64,000 nt of DNA from Podarcis muralis (GCF_964188315.1 NC_135664.1:9052001-9116000), one strand, 5' to 3'; shown: positions 13,640 through 26,866, counted from the stretch's first letter. A program made the numbers and translations. The notes: generated by a model not told the origin, from the sequence alone.

Positions 13640-15089
13640 CTCCAATTCAAGGAGCCTTAGTCAGGGTAACCCACCTTAGACCAACATGGGACAACCCAGC
13701 CTGCCCTGGATCCAGTTCCAAATTAGTTCAGGGGCAGGCTGATGTCTCATTAGGTTTTTTAATTAAAAAAAAAAAAGCCATGGCTTCTCTGCAAGTGAGC
13801 ACCCTGCATTCTGCAGAATCAGTGCCTCCACTTCAGCTCTTGTGCAGAAACATAGGTCCTGTGGTGTGGGGTGCTACTCTGCAGGGAAGTAGGGACCCCG
13901 CAGAATCGGTGCCTCTGCAGGGCATCAGGCATGAAGAACAGTAGGGGAGCGATGGGCTCTTACCTTCTGGCAAGATGCAGCTGATGGTCAGGTAGCTCTT
14001 GGTGGTTTTGGTTTTTTTAAAATGCAGATTTAGGAAATTCACCTTTAAATGTAAACTGAATCAAATTACTCTCCCATCCTTTCCTGCCTCTTTGATCCCA
14101 AAGAGACAGAAGGTTTATTTCCTTACACACAATTGACTACATAAAGTTAGTGCTGTCTGGTCATGTACTGGAGACTCACGTTGTCACCCTCTCTTTATTT
14201 ATTTTTATAAACTTCATTTATGTGCTTGTGACTCTTCAATGGCTCATCTTAAGGAATCGCTCTAAAGTTCACTAAATGAATATTTCAGTCTCCTTTTCTC
14301 TTTGTTCTTTCCTTTTTCGTCTCGGCTGCACGGCCTTGTCCGTACAAGTATCAAATTATAGACTTAGGACATAAGGCTTTTAAGTTTAGGATGACTGAGT
14401 ATTCGTAACAAATTTGTAGATGAGACAGAGGATACAAAATAAAAACGGGAGTGACTGAGAGAAATTTCAGATGACAGATTAGAATTATAACAAGCTTGAT
14501 AATTAGGATGAAAGCAGTTAAGGTGGCATTCTGTTTCAGATAAACGTATTGTAGAGGAAGAGAACAGAGAGTGGAGCTTTATTAACCAGTGGCAAAGCTC
14601 AGAAGGGTTTTGGATTACGTACGTATTGTAAGTCAGCAGTGCAATGCTCTTTTCAAGTAAGAGAAAGGCATGTGGTGCAGAGATATAGGCATCCCTCAGC
14701 AGATAGGTGAGAGTAGAAAGAGTCTACGCAAGTTAAAAAGTTTGAAAGCTATTGGACTAGTCTATTTTGAGGGTGGGGGACCTAAATTTGCCTGGCACAG
14801 GTCCTGATTTGGTCCACAAGGCAGTTTCCCTCCAAACCTTACTCATCTGCTGCTCACCTGACATATGTGATGAGGGACAGGTAAGGATGCACCTGTAAAG
14901 GAACTATTGGAAGCTTAAAGAGAGCTCCTGGTTGTTCCTTTGCAGATGGGCTACACTGCCAAGGAGTTTGCCATTGGGGAAGACCCAGCTTTGTTGATTT
15001 GCAACCCCTGTTAGCTGGCCCTTTTGAAGTTATCACTTGATGTAATGACATCAGTTGATAGGCGAGCACCCTCACCCACATGTCAAAAT

Positions 15090-16084
15090 CATAGCTGTCA
15101 ACTGTCCCTTATTTGGCGGGAAACTCCCTTATCCCAGTACCGTTTCCCCGCTGCTGTCCCAGATTGATGATGTCCCTTAAATTTCCCGGGTTTCATGCTC
15201 GCCCGGCTTGGGAGGGAAGCAGCGGCTCGGGGTCCTCCGCCATGCGAGAGAGCGAGCGCATGAGCTGCCGCGTCTCCGTCTCTCCCTTTCCCACCTCAGG
15301 GGCGCGTCATGAGGAGACAGGTGGTGGCGGGTGGGCAGGCAGCCCCTCTCTTGCGAGACTTCTGCCACGCTGCCAGGGGAAGCTGGAGGCATCAGCGGCG
15401 GCGGCTGAGGAGGCGGCCTGAGGGAGGAGGAAGAGGAGGGAATGGGGAGGGAAGCAGAAGGGTGGCACTTTAGTGGCCGCCATGGCGCTGCAACTGCCTC
15501 ATGCCAGGCTCGCGGGCGGCGTGGGCGAGAGTCTCTCTCCCTCCCTCTCTCTTGGGTGGGGAAGGGCCAATGGAACTCCTCGCGCCAGGACGACGGCAGC
15601 CCCGACGTGCTGCTTAGCATCCCCTCCAACCAGTGCAGCATCTTAATGTAGTGATTTCCCCCTCTGAATCCCTTTCATAACTCTATCTTAATAAATCATT
15701 TGTCCATCCACAGTTCAAATTTTTACTACAAGTTTTCTGTCAATCCTACCAATGTATGTAACTCTTTACAATAGCTTTTCAAATAAATTATAAACTTTCC
15801 CCTTTCTTTATTAAAGAGGTCCTCTTCCTGGTTTCTAATTCTGCCTGTAAGCTTCGCCATCTCGATGTTGTTCATCAGTTTTGTCTGCCACTCTTCTTTG
15901 GTGGGAGTCGTAGACCCTTAGTCCAACCCCCTGCAAAACACAGTCAGTGGCAGCCAAAGCAGCATGGCTCCATCAGTGCTGGATCGATGTATAAGCTAAG
16001 CCAAAATCCCTTATTTTGGCTGCTGATCCCTTATTTTCGAGGCTGCTGGTCCCTTATTTTCAAATCTGTAAGTTGACGACTATG
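15090..16084. mobile_element. Non-autonomous hAT-like DNA transposon, 995 bp, with internal cargo
   Basis: 14-bp imperfect TIR (catagctgtcaact / agttgacgactatg). Perfect 8-bp TSD GTCAAAAT. Repeated subterminal CCCTTAT(T) motifs at both ends. Confidence 0.85.
15645..15910 (-). mobile_element. L1/Tx1-like ORF2 C-terminal and 3'UTR fragment inside the hAT element
   Basis: Minus strand encodes PTKEEWQTKLMNNIEMAKLTGRIRNQ..., homologous to the fragment at 12671-13064. Confidence 0.65.
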
Positions 16085-17693
16085 GTCAAAATGGGCTACT
16101 GGAGTGGGAGATGTTGGGATCCACCTACTTGCTGGGAAAGTTTCCCTCCCCCTGAGCTTACATGATGGGAGAGAGACTTGAAAGGAAACTCTAGACTGAT
16201 GTCTTGCCAATGACATGCTGGGGCTTAACAGTGGATCACCAGAACTATGTGAGAGGATCACTGCTTGCTGTCAAATAGTTCATGGAAGGTTGATATCAGT
16301 TAACATGAACTAATTACCAGCACTTTAATTATTATTTGTATCTCCTCCATTTTTTCCTTTGAAGTTTATCTCCCTCATCCTCAGAACAACCCTGTGAGGT
16401 GGGGAAGGCTTAGAGAGTGAGGTTAAGCCCAAGGCTGCCAGTGACCTTCATGGCTGAGTGGGGATTTGAGCTCTGGCATCGCCATTCCTAATCTGGCATT
16501 TGAAACCAGTGCTCTTCACCTGGTGCCTCCAAATGTTGCTGGTCTCCAATTCCCATTAGTTCCAGCCAGCATTGCAAAAAGCCAGGGGCAATGGGAGATA
16601 ATAGTTCAAAAATCTGGAGGACAGTGTGTTGTGGAGGACTACTCTAACCACTCTACCACACTTACTTTATGGCTTTTGACCTCTTCATCATCTTTATGGC
16701 TCTCTCTTAGATTCTTAAAATGTAGTGGCTAAACTGAACATTGTTGAATGAACATTGTTCATTGGGAAAAGCTTCAAAACTTGTATTGTTCTCGCTTAGT
16801 GCAACTTATTGCAATAACAATTTTTATTGCTTATTTGAGAACTGATTTAGACACATTATCTTTGAACATCAACTCACAGCTGAGGAAGTTAAGCTTGCAT
16901 TTTAGAAAGTCTTTCCCCCTTCCTAGTGCTTTTGGGGGCACTGCTGTTAAACAGCCAAGCCAGAAGTAATTTGCTTTTAATGGTTTTTATACAGCAGCTG
17001 AGAAATGCATAATTTGGAACTGTTCTCATTCTTACTCTGTCCCCCTCCTCCCCCTTAAATAAGGACTGATTTAACAGAAGAGTTTTTGACCCTGAGAAAG
17101 CTAGACTCTCTCCCACTCCTGCTGCCAAGGAACAGCAGTAAAGCGTTGAACTGATAGGCAAGACTCCAGGATCAGGTGTTTACCACTTTGTATGGGGTGG
17201 AGAGAGAGACTGGCAGAGAAATGAACTGGCAGCAGCTGTGTGAATAAGGGGAGAATTGTTCCACAAATTATGCAAAGCAAAAAAAAATTGACTGTAGCAT
17301 GAAACATGCTATGCAATATAACCAGCTAAATCCTCAGCAGTTGTATGAATTTCGTACAGCACAACTTGAACATGCCTGGACAAAATTATTTTGTTGTTTA
17401 CTGCATTTCTTAGCTGCTTTATATGAAAAAGTCTCAAAGCGACTTAACACTGTAAGACAAACAGATGAAATTGGTCAGAAATTAGGATCCCCCTCAACAT
17501 GTCTGGTGCGTGTTTTGACAGACATAAGCGTATACCCTTTGTATCTAACTCTGAAGGGCTAATCTATGCATTTAGGTCATTGCGTGATGGGTACTCAAAA
17601 TTGCCCTATGCATAATTGTAAAGGAAAGGTAGTGAGAGTGGGTTGGTGTGCTGCTGAGTCTTCATTTCAAGCATATTATTTTGAATGTGCATA

Positions 17694-17935
17694 CAGTGGT
17701 ACCTCGGGTTACAGACGCTTCAGGTTACATATGCTTCAGGTTACAGACTTCGCTAACCCAGAAATATTACCTCGGGTTAAGAACTTTGCTTCAGGATGAG
17801 AACAGAAATCGTGCTACGGCGGTGCGGCGGCAGCGGGAGGTCCCATTAGCTAAAGTGGTGCTGAAGGTTAAGAACAGTTTCAGGTTAAGAACGGACCTCC
17901 GGAACGAATTAAGTACTTAACCCAAGGTACCACTG
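17694..17935. mobile_element. Tigger/Tc1-mariner-like MITE family A
   Basis: TIR cagtggtacctc, TA TSD. Confidence 0.88.
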
Positions 17936-18173
17936 TATTATGAAATCAGCCAATATAGAGTTGACTTGAGGGTTCTCCAGTCTTGCTCTAAGCTGTGACC
18001 TTCATACCCCCCAAGCCTGAGGTCAAATGCTGTCCTTGGGACCTTTCCAAGCCAAGCCCCTGTTCCAGACCACACTTATCCCAAGCCCTGCTCTGTGCCT
18101 TACTTGAGTGCTTTTTTTCCTGCAGAAGTGTATTATTGATCTGTGATAATGATGCTTGCTTGCTTGAATAGAG

Positions 18174-18204
<31 letters not shown>

Positions 18205-19284
18205 GTCTGACATTTAGGTGCGGCAGGAGTTTGGCCCACTTTTGCTTGTGGCCTTCCCCAGCTTTGATACTTGGCTCCTGGAAGATTGCCCAAGAAGGAC
18301 TGTGGGCCTCATGTTTCCAAAGGTCCTCTTTACCTTGGCTTAGAGGTAGAGCAATTCTTTGCAAGCCGAAAATCCCAGTGTCAGTCCCTACAATCTCCAC
18401 GTAACACTGGGAAGAACCCCAGGCTGAAACTCAGGAGAGCAGTAGACAATCGGCGTAGACCAACCTGACCTGGGTCACTTGATAGGTTGGTGGAATTGTC
18501 CCCCTGTCAGTCGCCTGCTGTCATATGATGCCAGGTGATTGAAACTTCAAGAGTCTTCCTTTCACATTCAGAGCTTGAATTCAGCACTTTCTGAATTTGT
18601 TGGTTTTTTCTCTCGCCATGCGAGGCAACAGATCAAAGGAAGCGAGTGGCATACTCGCCTTGATTCTTCCTTTATGACTATGGCTTGAAATCTTTTTGAA
18701 CTTTCATGGCTGGAACTTTACTCTCCCTAATGTCATGTGACATCAGAAGCAGGAAAGATGAGGCTTGTTATGCCAAAAATGGCCTTGTGGGCAACCCCAG
18801 AGGGGCCTGCTGGCTTGAGGTGTCTCACCACTGGTGTAGACAATACTGAGCTAGATGGATTAATTTTGTAATACCTGAAGGTGCATCAAATTTCCAGATG
18901 GATCTTTATACATGTCGTTTATATATGCTCCCTTTTAAAAGCAACATCTTAATCTCTGGATCAAAGAAGAAAAGAAGCTAAACCTAAATCTTCCCTCTGT
19001 TTCCCAAGTATTCCCTCCTCACGAAGGTTCAGGACAGCTTTGTACATTGCAACGAGAGGGCAGTGCACACATTAGTTGTGTAAAGTGCAAAAACAAGCCC
19101 ACAGGGATGAACTGTGCCTGCAAAAGTTTGCGAAGTACATGCCTTACAAGTTGTTTTGGGGGGTGGGGGGGGCATGCATCACAAGTGTGATAGCAGTGCA
19201 ACATTTGTGTGCATCTGGTCTACCCACTTTATTGTAACATGTGAAATGGCCTTCAGAATTCAGAAACTTAAGGAATATCCTATA

Positions 19285-19688
19285 TAGTGGTACCTTGGGT
19301 TAAGAACTTAATTTGTTCTGGAGGTCCGTTCTTTCTTTTTTAAAAAAATATTTTTTATTAACAGACCAATCATATCAAATCAAGTCACATAAGTTCCGAA
19401 TTACAGAGCCTAATTTTAAATTTTTGTTGGGGGTACCCATATTTCAAGTTCCGAAAGGGATCCAATCCTCTTGTTGCTGCTGCTTTAAAAGTCCACAAAT
19501 CTTTTACTGGAGGTCCGTTCTTAACCTGAAACTGTTCTTAACCTGAGGTACCACTTTAGCTAATGGGGCCTTCCGCTGCTGCCGCGTGATTTCCGTTCTC
19601 ATCCTGAAGCAAAGTTCTTAACCCGAGGTACTATTTCTGGGTTAGCAGAGTCTGTAACCTGAAGTGTCTGTAACGTGAGGTACTACTG
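19285..19688. mobile_element. MITE family A with a nested L1-like tail (19334-19506)
   Basis: TA-flanked TIRs. 16-bp TSD ctggaggtccgttctt around the insert. Confidence 0.85.
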
Positions 19689-19690
19689 TA

Positions 19691-19947
19691 CAGTCATACC
19701 TCATGTTACGTTTGTTTCATGTTACGTTCTTTCAGGTTACGCCCCGCGGCGACCCGGAAGTACTGGAAAGGGTTACTTCTGGGTTTTGCCGCTCACGCAT
19801 GTGCAGAAGCACAAAATGACATCACGCGCATGCGCAGAAGCGGCGAATCACAACCTGCGCGTGTGCAGACGCGCTGCTGCGGGTTGCGCTCTTTTCATGT
19901 GAACAGGCCTCCGGAACGGATCCCGTTCGCAACCAGAGGTGCCACTG
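19691..19947. mobile_element. Related Tigger-like MITE (family C), abutting the previous copy at a shared TA
   Basis: cagtcatacctc...gaggtgccactg termini. Confidence 0.8.
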
Positions 19948-20152
19948 TATTTGCTTTGGTGGCAGCCTCTGAAAAATCGGTGTGATTGCTGTAGTATTCT
20001 CTACATCTGAAATTCCAGTATGAGAGTCCCAGTGTTGGTTATCTTCCTCAAAGCATGCCTTTCAATAACTCTCCAGGTATTTCCATTTTGTTCAGGTGTA
20101 TCTATGTAAGAAAAGAACACAGCTTTACAAACATAAATCCATTCAGCAGATA

Positions 20153-20449
20153 CAGTGGTGCCTCGCAAGATGAAATTAATCCGTTCCGCGAGTCTCTTCG
20201 TCTTGCGGTTTTTTCGTCTTGCGAAGCACGGCTATTAGCGGCTTAACGGCTATTAACGGCTTAGCGGCTATTAACGGCTTAGCGGCTTTAAGAAAAAGGA
20301 AACAAACTCGCAAGAACTCGCAAGACGTTTCGTCTTGCAAAGCAAGCCCATAGGGAAATTCGTCTTGCAGAACGACTCAAAAAACGGAAAACCCTTTCGT
20401 CTAGCGAGTTTTTCGTCTTGCGAGGCATTCGTCTTGCGGGGCACCACTG
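20153..20449. mobile_element. Tigger-like MITE family B with a short internal ttagcggc/ttaacggc array
   Basis: TIR cagtggtgcctcgcaaga, TA TSD. Confidence 0.85.
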
Positions 20450-21325
20450 TATAGGACTTTTAAACAAACAAACAAACAAGGGTGATTAAGACCTTAAGAA
20501 AATCCTGGAGTTACTATCAAGCCAGTGTAAATCTCTGCCAGTAGAAACCGCAGAAGTGGAGAGCAATGTGGTTGTTATCTCCCCCCCCCTTTCCTTTCCC
20601 TTGTAGCAGAGTAACATGATCCTTCCAGAGAGTAACATGTTTAGTGGAGTCAGAACCAAGCATTTCTATTCAGGAATGTTCAAAAATGTAACTCTGCTCC
20701 AAGTACAGTATGGGCAAGCATGTAATTTTCAGCCTGGGCTATTTTGTGATCCTGACATTTTTCTGCTTGCTGCATGGTGAGATCTCACCAGCTCATAGCC
20801 GCAGTTCAGCCCTTGCGCGAACAGCCTACCTTCTGTTTAAAAACAGAGCAGCTTCTGTTCACTTGAAATAGTCAACAATAAACTGTAAAGGATTTTTTTT
20901 CTCTCCTGCAGTATTAAATATGTAACAGTTTGTAAAAGCTGATTGGCAGACCCACCAAATGACAGACAAAAAGGCAAAAAACAAATGAAATGAAATGAAA
21001 TGAAATGCTAGAAATGGATTGTGGATGTTAAATGGGGGTGATCAAAACATTTTGGTATAGGGTAGAGTAAATGTTTTCTTTACCTTCCCTGTGCTATTTC
21101 CATTTGTGGGGAGGAATCCTTAAAAAACACACACAACACAACCACTTTATATCTCAAAGCTGAACTATGAAAGGCACCCCTAAAGTTCTTGGAAAACTTT
21201 TGGGGAAAACTCAAGCATCCTACTTCATATGAGAGACATGAGATCCCCAGCTTTTCATGAGTTCACCTCCCTGACTCTCACATTACTTGCTGTGAGTGAA
21301 AAATTTCAAGAGATATAAGGGTGGT

Positions 21326-21886
21326 CACTGCAGATGGTGACAGCAGCCACGAAATTAAAAGACGCCTGCTTCTTGGGAGAAGGGCAATGACAGGCCTAGA
21401 CAGCATCTTGAGAAGTAGAGACGTCACCTTGTCAACAAAGGTCCGTATAGTTAAAGCCATGGTTTTCCCAGTAGTGATGTATGGAAGTGAGAGCTGGACT
21501 GCCGAAGAATTGATGCTTTTGAATTATGTTGCTGGAGGAGACTCTTGAGAGTCCCATGGACTGCAAGAAGATCAAACGCATCCATTCTTAAGGAAATCAG
21601 CCCTGAGTGCTCACTGGAAGGACAGATCGTGAAGCTGAGGCTCCAGTACTTTGGCCACCTCATGAGAAGAGAAGACTCCCTGGAGAAGACACTGATGCTG
21701 GGAAAGATGGAGGGCACAAGGAGAAGGGGGCGACAGAGGACGAGATGGTTGGATAGTGTTTTCGAGGTTACCAGCATGAGTTTGACCAAACTGCGGGAAG
21801 TAGTGGAGGACAGAGGTGCCTGGCGTGCTCTGGTCCATGGGGTCACGAAGAGTCGGACACGACTAAACGACTAAACAACAACAACA
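21326..21886 (+). mobile_element. BovB/RTE LINE 3' fragment (RT C-terminus, internal frameshifting deletion)
   Basis: EIKRRLLLGRRAM...LQYFGHLMRR...RWLD. Ends in cgactaaacaacaac tail. 9-bp TSD aagggtggt. Confidence 0.9.
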
Positions 21887-22583
21887 AAGGGTGGTAGTCT
21901 CTAAGGTGCCATGAGCTTATTTATATTGCTTTGCTGCTACAGTTATTACACTGTTATGCAGCCAAACAGTTATTATGACATAGCTAATGAAGCACATTAA
22001 AGTGAGCGATGCGTTGAAATGATATAGGAAGAATTTACGTGGAAATACTGGATACGTTTTCCATGTGACGTGTCTGCTGTGTACGGCTTCCAAGAGAAAG
22101 TTGGGTACCTGCTTAGAGAAGATCTATTTACTTGACAGCCAACACTCAGTCTCTCCCCCCTCCAACCTCCTTGCTTTTCCCTTGGCAAGCAAACAAAAGA
22201 CCCTGTCAGGCAGTAAGAGGATGCCGTCTGTACTGAGCTGTCTGGCAGACCATTACAAAATGGCCAAAGGATTATTTTGGGGGGGGAAAGGGGGAGAAGA
22301 ACACAGCTTGACATCCTTCCAGCTAAGGCTAGCAACTGCCCAGTGATGAAGGCAAGAGGTCCAAGGAAACCAAATCAACATATATAAATGGCTTGCCTCT
22401 GAAACTATGGCGCAGTTGAATAAGCCTGGCCCTTGTGAATTCACTTAATGGCTACAGAAGCTTGTTCTGATGAGAGGTCCAGAAAAGGATAATTAATTTA
22501 AGAAAATAAATCTTATTAAGCCAAGCCAAACCGTGACAGCAACATATGTGAACTGTCGCCAGACAAATGCAATTACTCCGGTG

Positions 22584-22774
22584 ACAGCAAAGGTTGTGAG
22601 GTTTTTAGCTGGGTCAATCAGAATAAGATCCACTATTTGACTATTGATTCCAAACCCTAAAATGTATTTTATATAATTGACTGTTTATTTCTATTCTTTG
22701 TATATTATTGTTTTATTGCTATGGCCGATGGCTGACGCAAATAATGATTCATTCATTCGATCAATCAATCAATC
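22584..22774 (+). mobile_element. 5'-truncated non-LTR retroposon tail (family unassigned)
   Basis: (ATTC)n/(ATCA)n tail. 14-bp TSD caattactcc(g/a)gtg. Confidence 0.7.
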
Positions 22775-23181
22775 CAATTACTCCAGTGCCATATTTTGCT
22801 TTTAATTAAATTATGACTATTACTCCTCTTTCTCATCTGCCAGTGAAAAGTGACAGCTTGTCAGTTTCCGGGTTTTTAATATAGCTCCTTTAAATAGATA
22901 TTCCTATTTATTACTGTTGTTGTTATTATTAATTGAATTTATATACCTCCCTATACCCAGAGGTCTCAGGGCAGTTCACAGAACAAAAAAACAAAAAAAC
23001 AAACTTAGGTCCATTACAGAATGTCTAGGAATTGGTTTATTTGCCCCTGTATAACTTGCTGAAATTAATGGCTTTGCTAGGAACTAGCCAATATAAATGT
23101 TATTAAAAATAAATTGTGTTTTCCCCCCTCTGGCTTGGAAGGGGAGCTCAGAGTAGATTGCAGTCTTTAAAAGTATATGTA

Positions 23182-23426
23182 CAGTGGTACCTTGGGTTAA
23201 GTACTTAATTCGTTCTGGAGGTCCGTTCTTAACCTGAAACTGTTCTTAACCTGAAGCACCACTTTAGCTAGTGGGGCCTCCTCCTGCTGCTGCTGCGCCG
23301 TCGGAGCACGATTTCTGTTCTCATCCTGAAGCAAAGTTCTTAACCTGAAGCACTATTTCTGGGTTAGCGGAGTCTGTAACCTGAAGCGTATGTAACCTGA
23401 AGCATATGTAACCCGAGGTACCACTG
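23182..23426. mobile_element. MITE family A
   Basis: TIR and TA TSD. Confidence 0.88.
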
Positions 23427-24299
23427 TACTTCTTTTAAAATTGTGTTTGTAGAGATGTGAAGACCTGGAAAAGCAACCTGGAAAAATGAGGGTTTGTGTG
23501 TATAATTAAAAACAAAAACATCCCCCTCCATTCCCCCAGGCTTCCTTCATATATATATATACACATTCATATATTAGTATGCCACCCAGTAACAAACATT
23601 CTCTGAGAGGTAACACAATGTAAAAGCCATTGAAAAAACAACAAAAAGCAACAAGCAAAACTTAATCACAATAAAAGCAGAAGAGAGAGAACCACCAAAG
23701 GTGTTTGCATGAAGTTTTTCACAAGACTTTCAGCCACATAAGGTGTCACCTATCAAACTACTGCCCCCTCTGCCCCATCCCATTCCATCTTGGAGGGTCT
23801 CCTGCCCCCAAACTCCAAACTGGGATTATCTGTGTGTGCAAGGAACAGAAGTGAGAAGAAGAGGCAGAAAAGCAAGCCCTGCTGTGATGCAAAATGTTTC
23901 CTCTACTTTTCATCCAACCCAATACAAACAAAGCACATTTAAGAAAATAAATCAAAATCCACCAACTAGGAATATTTTTTTAAAAAGAGAACCCTAAATT
24001 ATTATTTCCTAACTGTGTTTAAAAGGGAGGGGGAACCTAATATGTGACCAATATTCACCCCTGCCTGCTTTATTTAGGAGAGTTATACACCACTGTTCAG
24101 ACTGCTACAATTTCCCAGAGCAGTCAAAACAATGCCTGAATATACGTACAATGAAAATAACAATAAATAATGTTAAAAGGAGCAAAAATAAAACCATATT
24201 GCAAGACATATTGCAAGATAAACTTCAGTACTTCGAAGACTCTGCGCTCCCACACAATGCCACCAAAGGGAGGAATACAACAAAAAAGACCGAATATAC

Positions 24300-24332
<33 letters not shown>

Positions 24333-25346
24333 TCCTCCTCCTCCATATTTCCATTAAATAGGAGCAGTGGGGATCTTGGCAGGCATCAAGTGTATGTGTG
24401 TATGTCTACATGGAGTTCATGGGCACCACATTGGGGACTGAACCCCAAACAGTCAGATTCAGAACCTAATTGATTGTGACCGAATCACTCCTCCGGTGCC
24501 ACTGAGTCATTCTAAATGTTCTTCCTATGGTGTGAGAACTACTAATAGATTATTAGCAATCATGAGGATGGAAGAATGTCTAAAAGACCACCCTGGGGCT
24601 CATTTATACAACTGTTAGTTCACAGATAGCAAGCTGATAGCAAGCTCCTTCTACAAGTGGACGGATGACAGAATAAGGACCTTGGACTTGGTATTTTTCT
24701 AACGGCAATTCTTGAAACATTTTGCCTCTCCCAAGTTACTACTGGCATAAATCACAGGAGATGTTTTGTAGAGTAGACTTGTAGAAGGGAGAAATCACTT
24801 GCACTATAAGATTACATGAATGTTTATATTGGCACAGTAGACTTCTGTATTGTAAATTTGTTTCCCTACTGGACAGGTTGTCGGAGTGTGTTTTATTTTT
24901 TAAAAAATAAAAGCTATTGTTCCCTTAAGAATAGTCATAAATGGTTCTTCCAGTTTCATCATGTACTGCAGGTTTTGCTCAGGACATGTGCTAACTTTGT
25001 CTACTTGGAAAGGGATTAAATTGACAATAGTATTATAAATAAACTATTGTATGGGCTGTCATGATGTGTGGTATGATACCTTGTAGTTGTGAAGCTTGTA
25101 TTGTTGGATCATCTGCACGCTTTCTGCCATTTGTGTGTAAAATTTGGGGGTAAAATTAAGTGAAAGGGAACTGCATTATATTGTTCTAACTCCCAATGTA
25201 GGATTGCTCCTAGATGCTTTCAAATTTCCAGTTGTTGATAGAAAAACGTAATTCATTACCAGACACAAAGAAGCTGAATTCACAGTCTGTCATCAATCAC
25301 TGCAGCTGCACAGTCTACGTTTACAGTTCTGAAGAAGTCCAAGTTC

Positions 25347-25491
25347 ATAGAACCATAGAATTGTAGAGTTGGAAGAGGGACCACGAGTGTCATCTGGTCC
25401 AGCCCCCTGCAATGCAGGAATCTTTTACCCAACATAGAGCTCGAACTCGTGACCTTGATATTAAGAGTCTTACGATCTAGCAACTGAGCTA
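25347..25491 (-). mobile_element. tRNA-head / CR1-tail SINE
   Basis: tagctcagttg...gagttcgag head and ccaactctacaattctatg tail. Confidence 0.75.
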
Positions 25492-25641
25492 AAACTTGTG
25501 CTTGGTGGGTGAAACCCCAGACTTCTTTAAATGTGCTGTTTTACATTCAATCTTAGGTAAATTCAGAATAATTTCTTTGGTGCCCCTTGTGCGATTGGCA
25601 TTTGATTCATTATATTATAGATACAAACCACCTAGCTTGTA

Positions 25642-26191
25642 CGGTGGTGCCTCGCAAGACGAAAAGAATCCGTTCCGCGAGTCTCTTCATCTTGCGGTTT
25701 TTTCGTCTTGCGAAGCAAGCCCATTAGCGGCTTAGCGGATTAGCGCTATTAGCGGCTTAGCGGGCTTAGCGGATCAGCTGATAAGCGGCTTAGCGGATCA
25801 GCTGTTAAGCGACTTAGCGGATCAGCTGTTAAGCGGCTTAGCGGATCAGCTGTTAAGCGGCTTAGCGATCAGCTGTTAAGCGGCTTAGCGGACCAGCTGT
25901 TAAGCGGCTTAACGGATCAGCTGTTAAGCGGCTTAGCGGATCAGCTGTTAAGCGGCTTAGCGGATCAGCTGATAAACGGATTAGCGGCTTAGCGGATCAG
26001 CTGATAAGCGGCTTAGCGGCTTGGGAAAAGGGGGGGGGAGGAAAAAAACCCTGCAGGAGCTCGCAAGACATTTTCGTCTTGCGAAGCAAGCCCATAGGAA
26101 ATTCGTTTTGCGAAGCACCTCCAAAACGGAAAACCCTTTCGTCTAGCAGGTTTTCCGTCTTGCGAGGCATTCGTCTTGCGGGGCACCACTG
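25642..26191. mobile_element. MITE family B with an expanded 24-bp minisatellite
   Basis: TIR and TA TSD. About 10 units of gcggatcagctgttaagcggctta at about 25725-26020. Confidence 0.85.
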
Positions 26192-26764
26192 TATCAGATT
26201 GTGAAATGTTGGTGGCAAGTTTCAAACCACATATTGAAGGCAAATGCATGCAATGAAGTCACTTCGTTTATTAAAAAGATCATTTTTATTAAGTTTTCCA
26301 TTTTAACAATCCAATCAAATCACATTAAATATTCCAGATTATACATATACATATCAATTAATCCAAATATTCTGCCAAATTATAATTTTTTTGTTGGTAC
26401 TTCCCATGCTTCAAGTTCGGGGGGGGGGGGAAGGCTCTGATCATCTCATATCTCTGCTGCTTTTGATAGTCATTTCTAATTGTTCCTTTAAATCTTCCTG
26501 TTGTTTTCCTTCTTTCACGGCCTCTGAGTTGTTTCCACAAGCGAGTTGAAGTAAAATGACGTGTTTCTGTGTGGATTTTATGTGTATGATACCCCTCTGT
26601 CCAGGCAGCATCACCTCACACGCTGGTATTTCTGCCGAATCAATCCAAAAATCTTTTCACTGCTGGCAGCCGCCATCTTCTCTCAGTTCCGCAATGAAGT
26701 CACTTCCAATAGTTTTTCACAAAAAGGAGCCACTGGGAACTGAAATTTTTGAGTGAAAGCATGG

Positions 26765-26767
<3 letters not shown>

Positions 26768-26808
<41 letters not shown>
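26768..26808. repeat. (CA)n microsatellite; others at about 18174, 33788, 45017, 45212, 53551 and 57537
   Basis: Direct reading. Confidence 0.95.
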
Positions 26809-26811
<3 letters not shown>

Positions 26812-26866
26812 GTAGTCCTAAGCAGAATTATAGCCTACTGAAGTTGTGTCTTAAATAAAAAACATA

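Noticed and set aside
14190-14760. Atypical-looking stretch as a possible endogenous viral element
   Set aside because: All frames I tried are interrupted by stops and no motif is recognisable.
15113-15651. GC-rich ORFs (102, 154 and 69 aa) as KIF21A exon 1 or a novel gene
   Set aside because: No DESSVRVAVR-like peptide or matching donor. The block lies inside a TIR/TSD-bounded transposon.
18630-18639. Perfect TCF/LEF site AGATCAAAGG
   Set aside because: A single 10-mer without a cluster or conservation data is not enough evidence.
22466-22495. CTGATGA...GAAA as a hammerhead
   Set aside because: No helix II, helix I or cleavage triplet geometry.
25725-26020. CRISPR-like array
   Set aside because: Head-to-tail units with no unique spacers, within a MITE in a vertebrate intron, and no cas genes.
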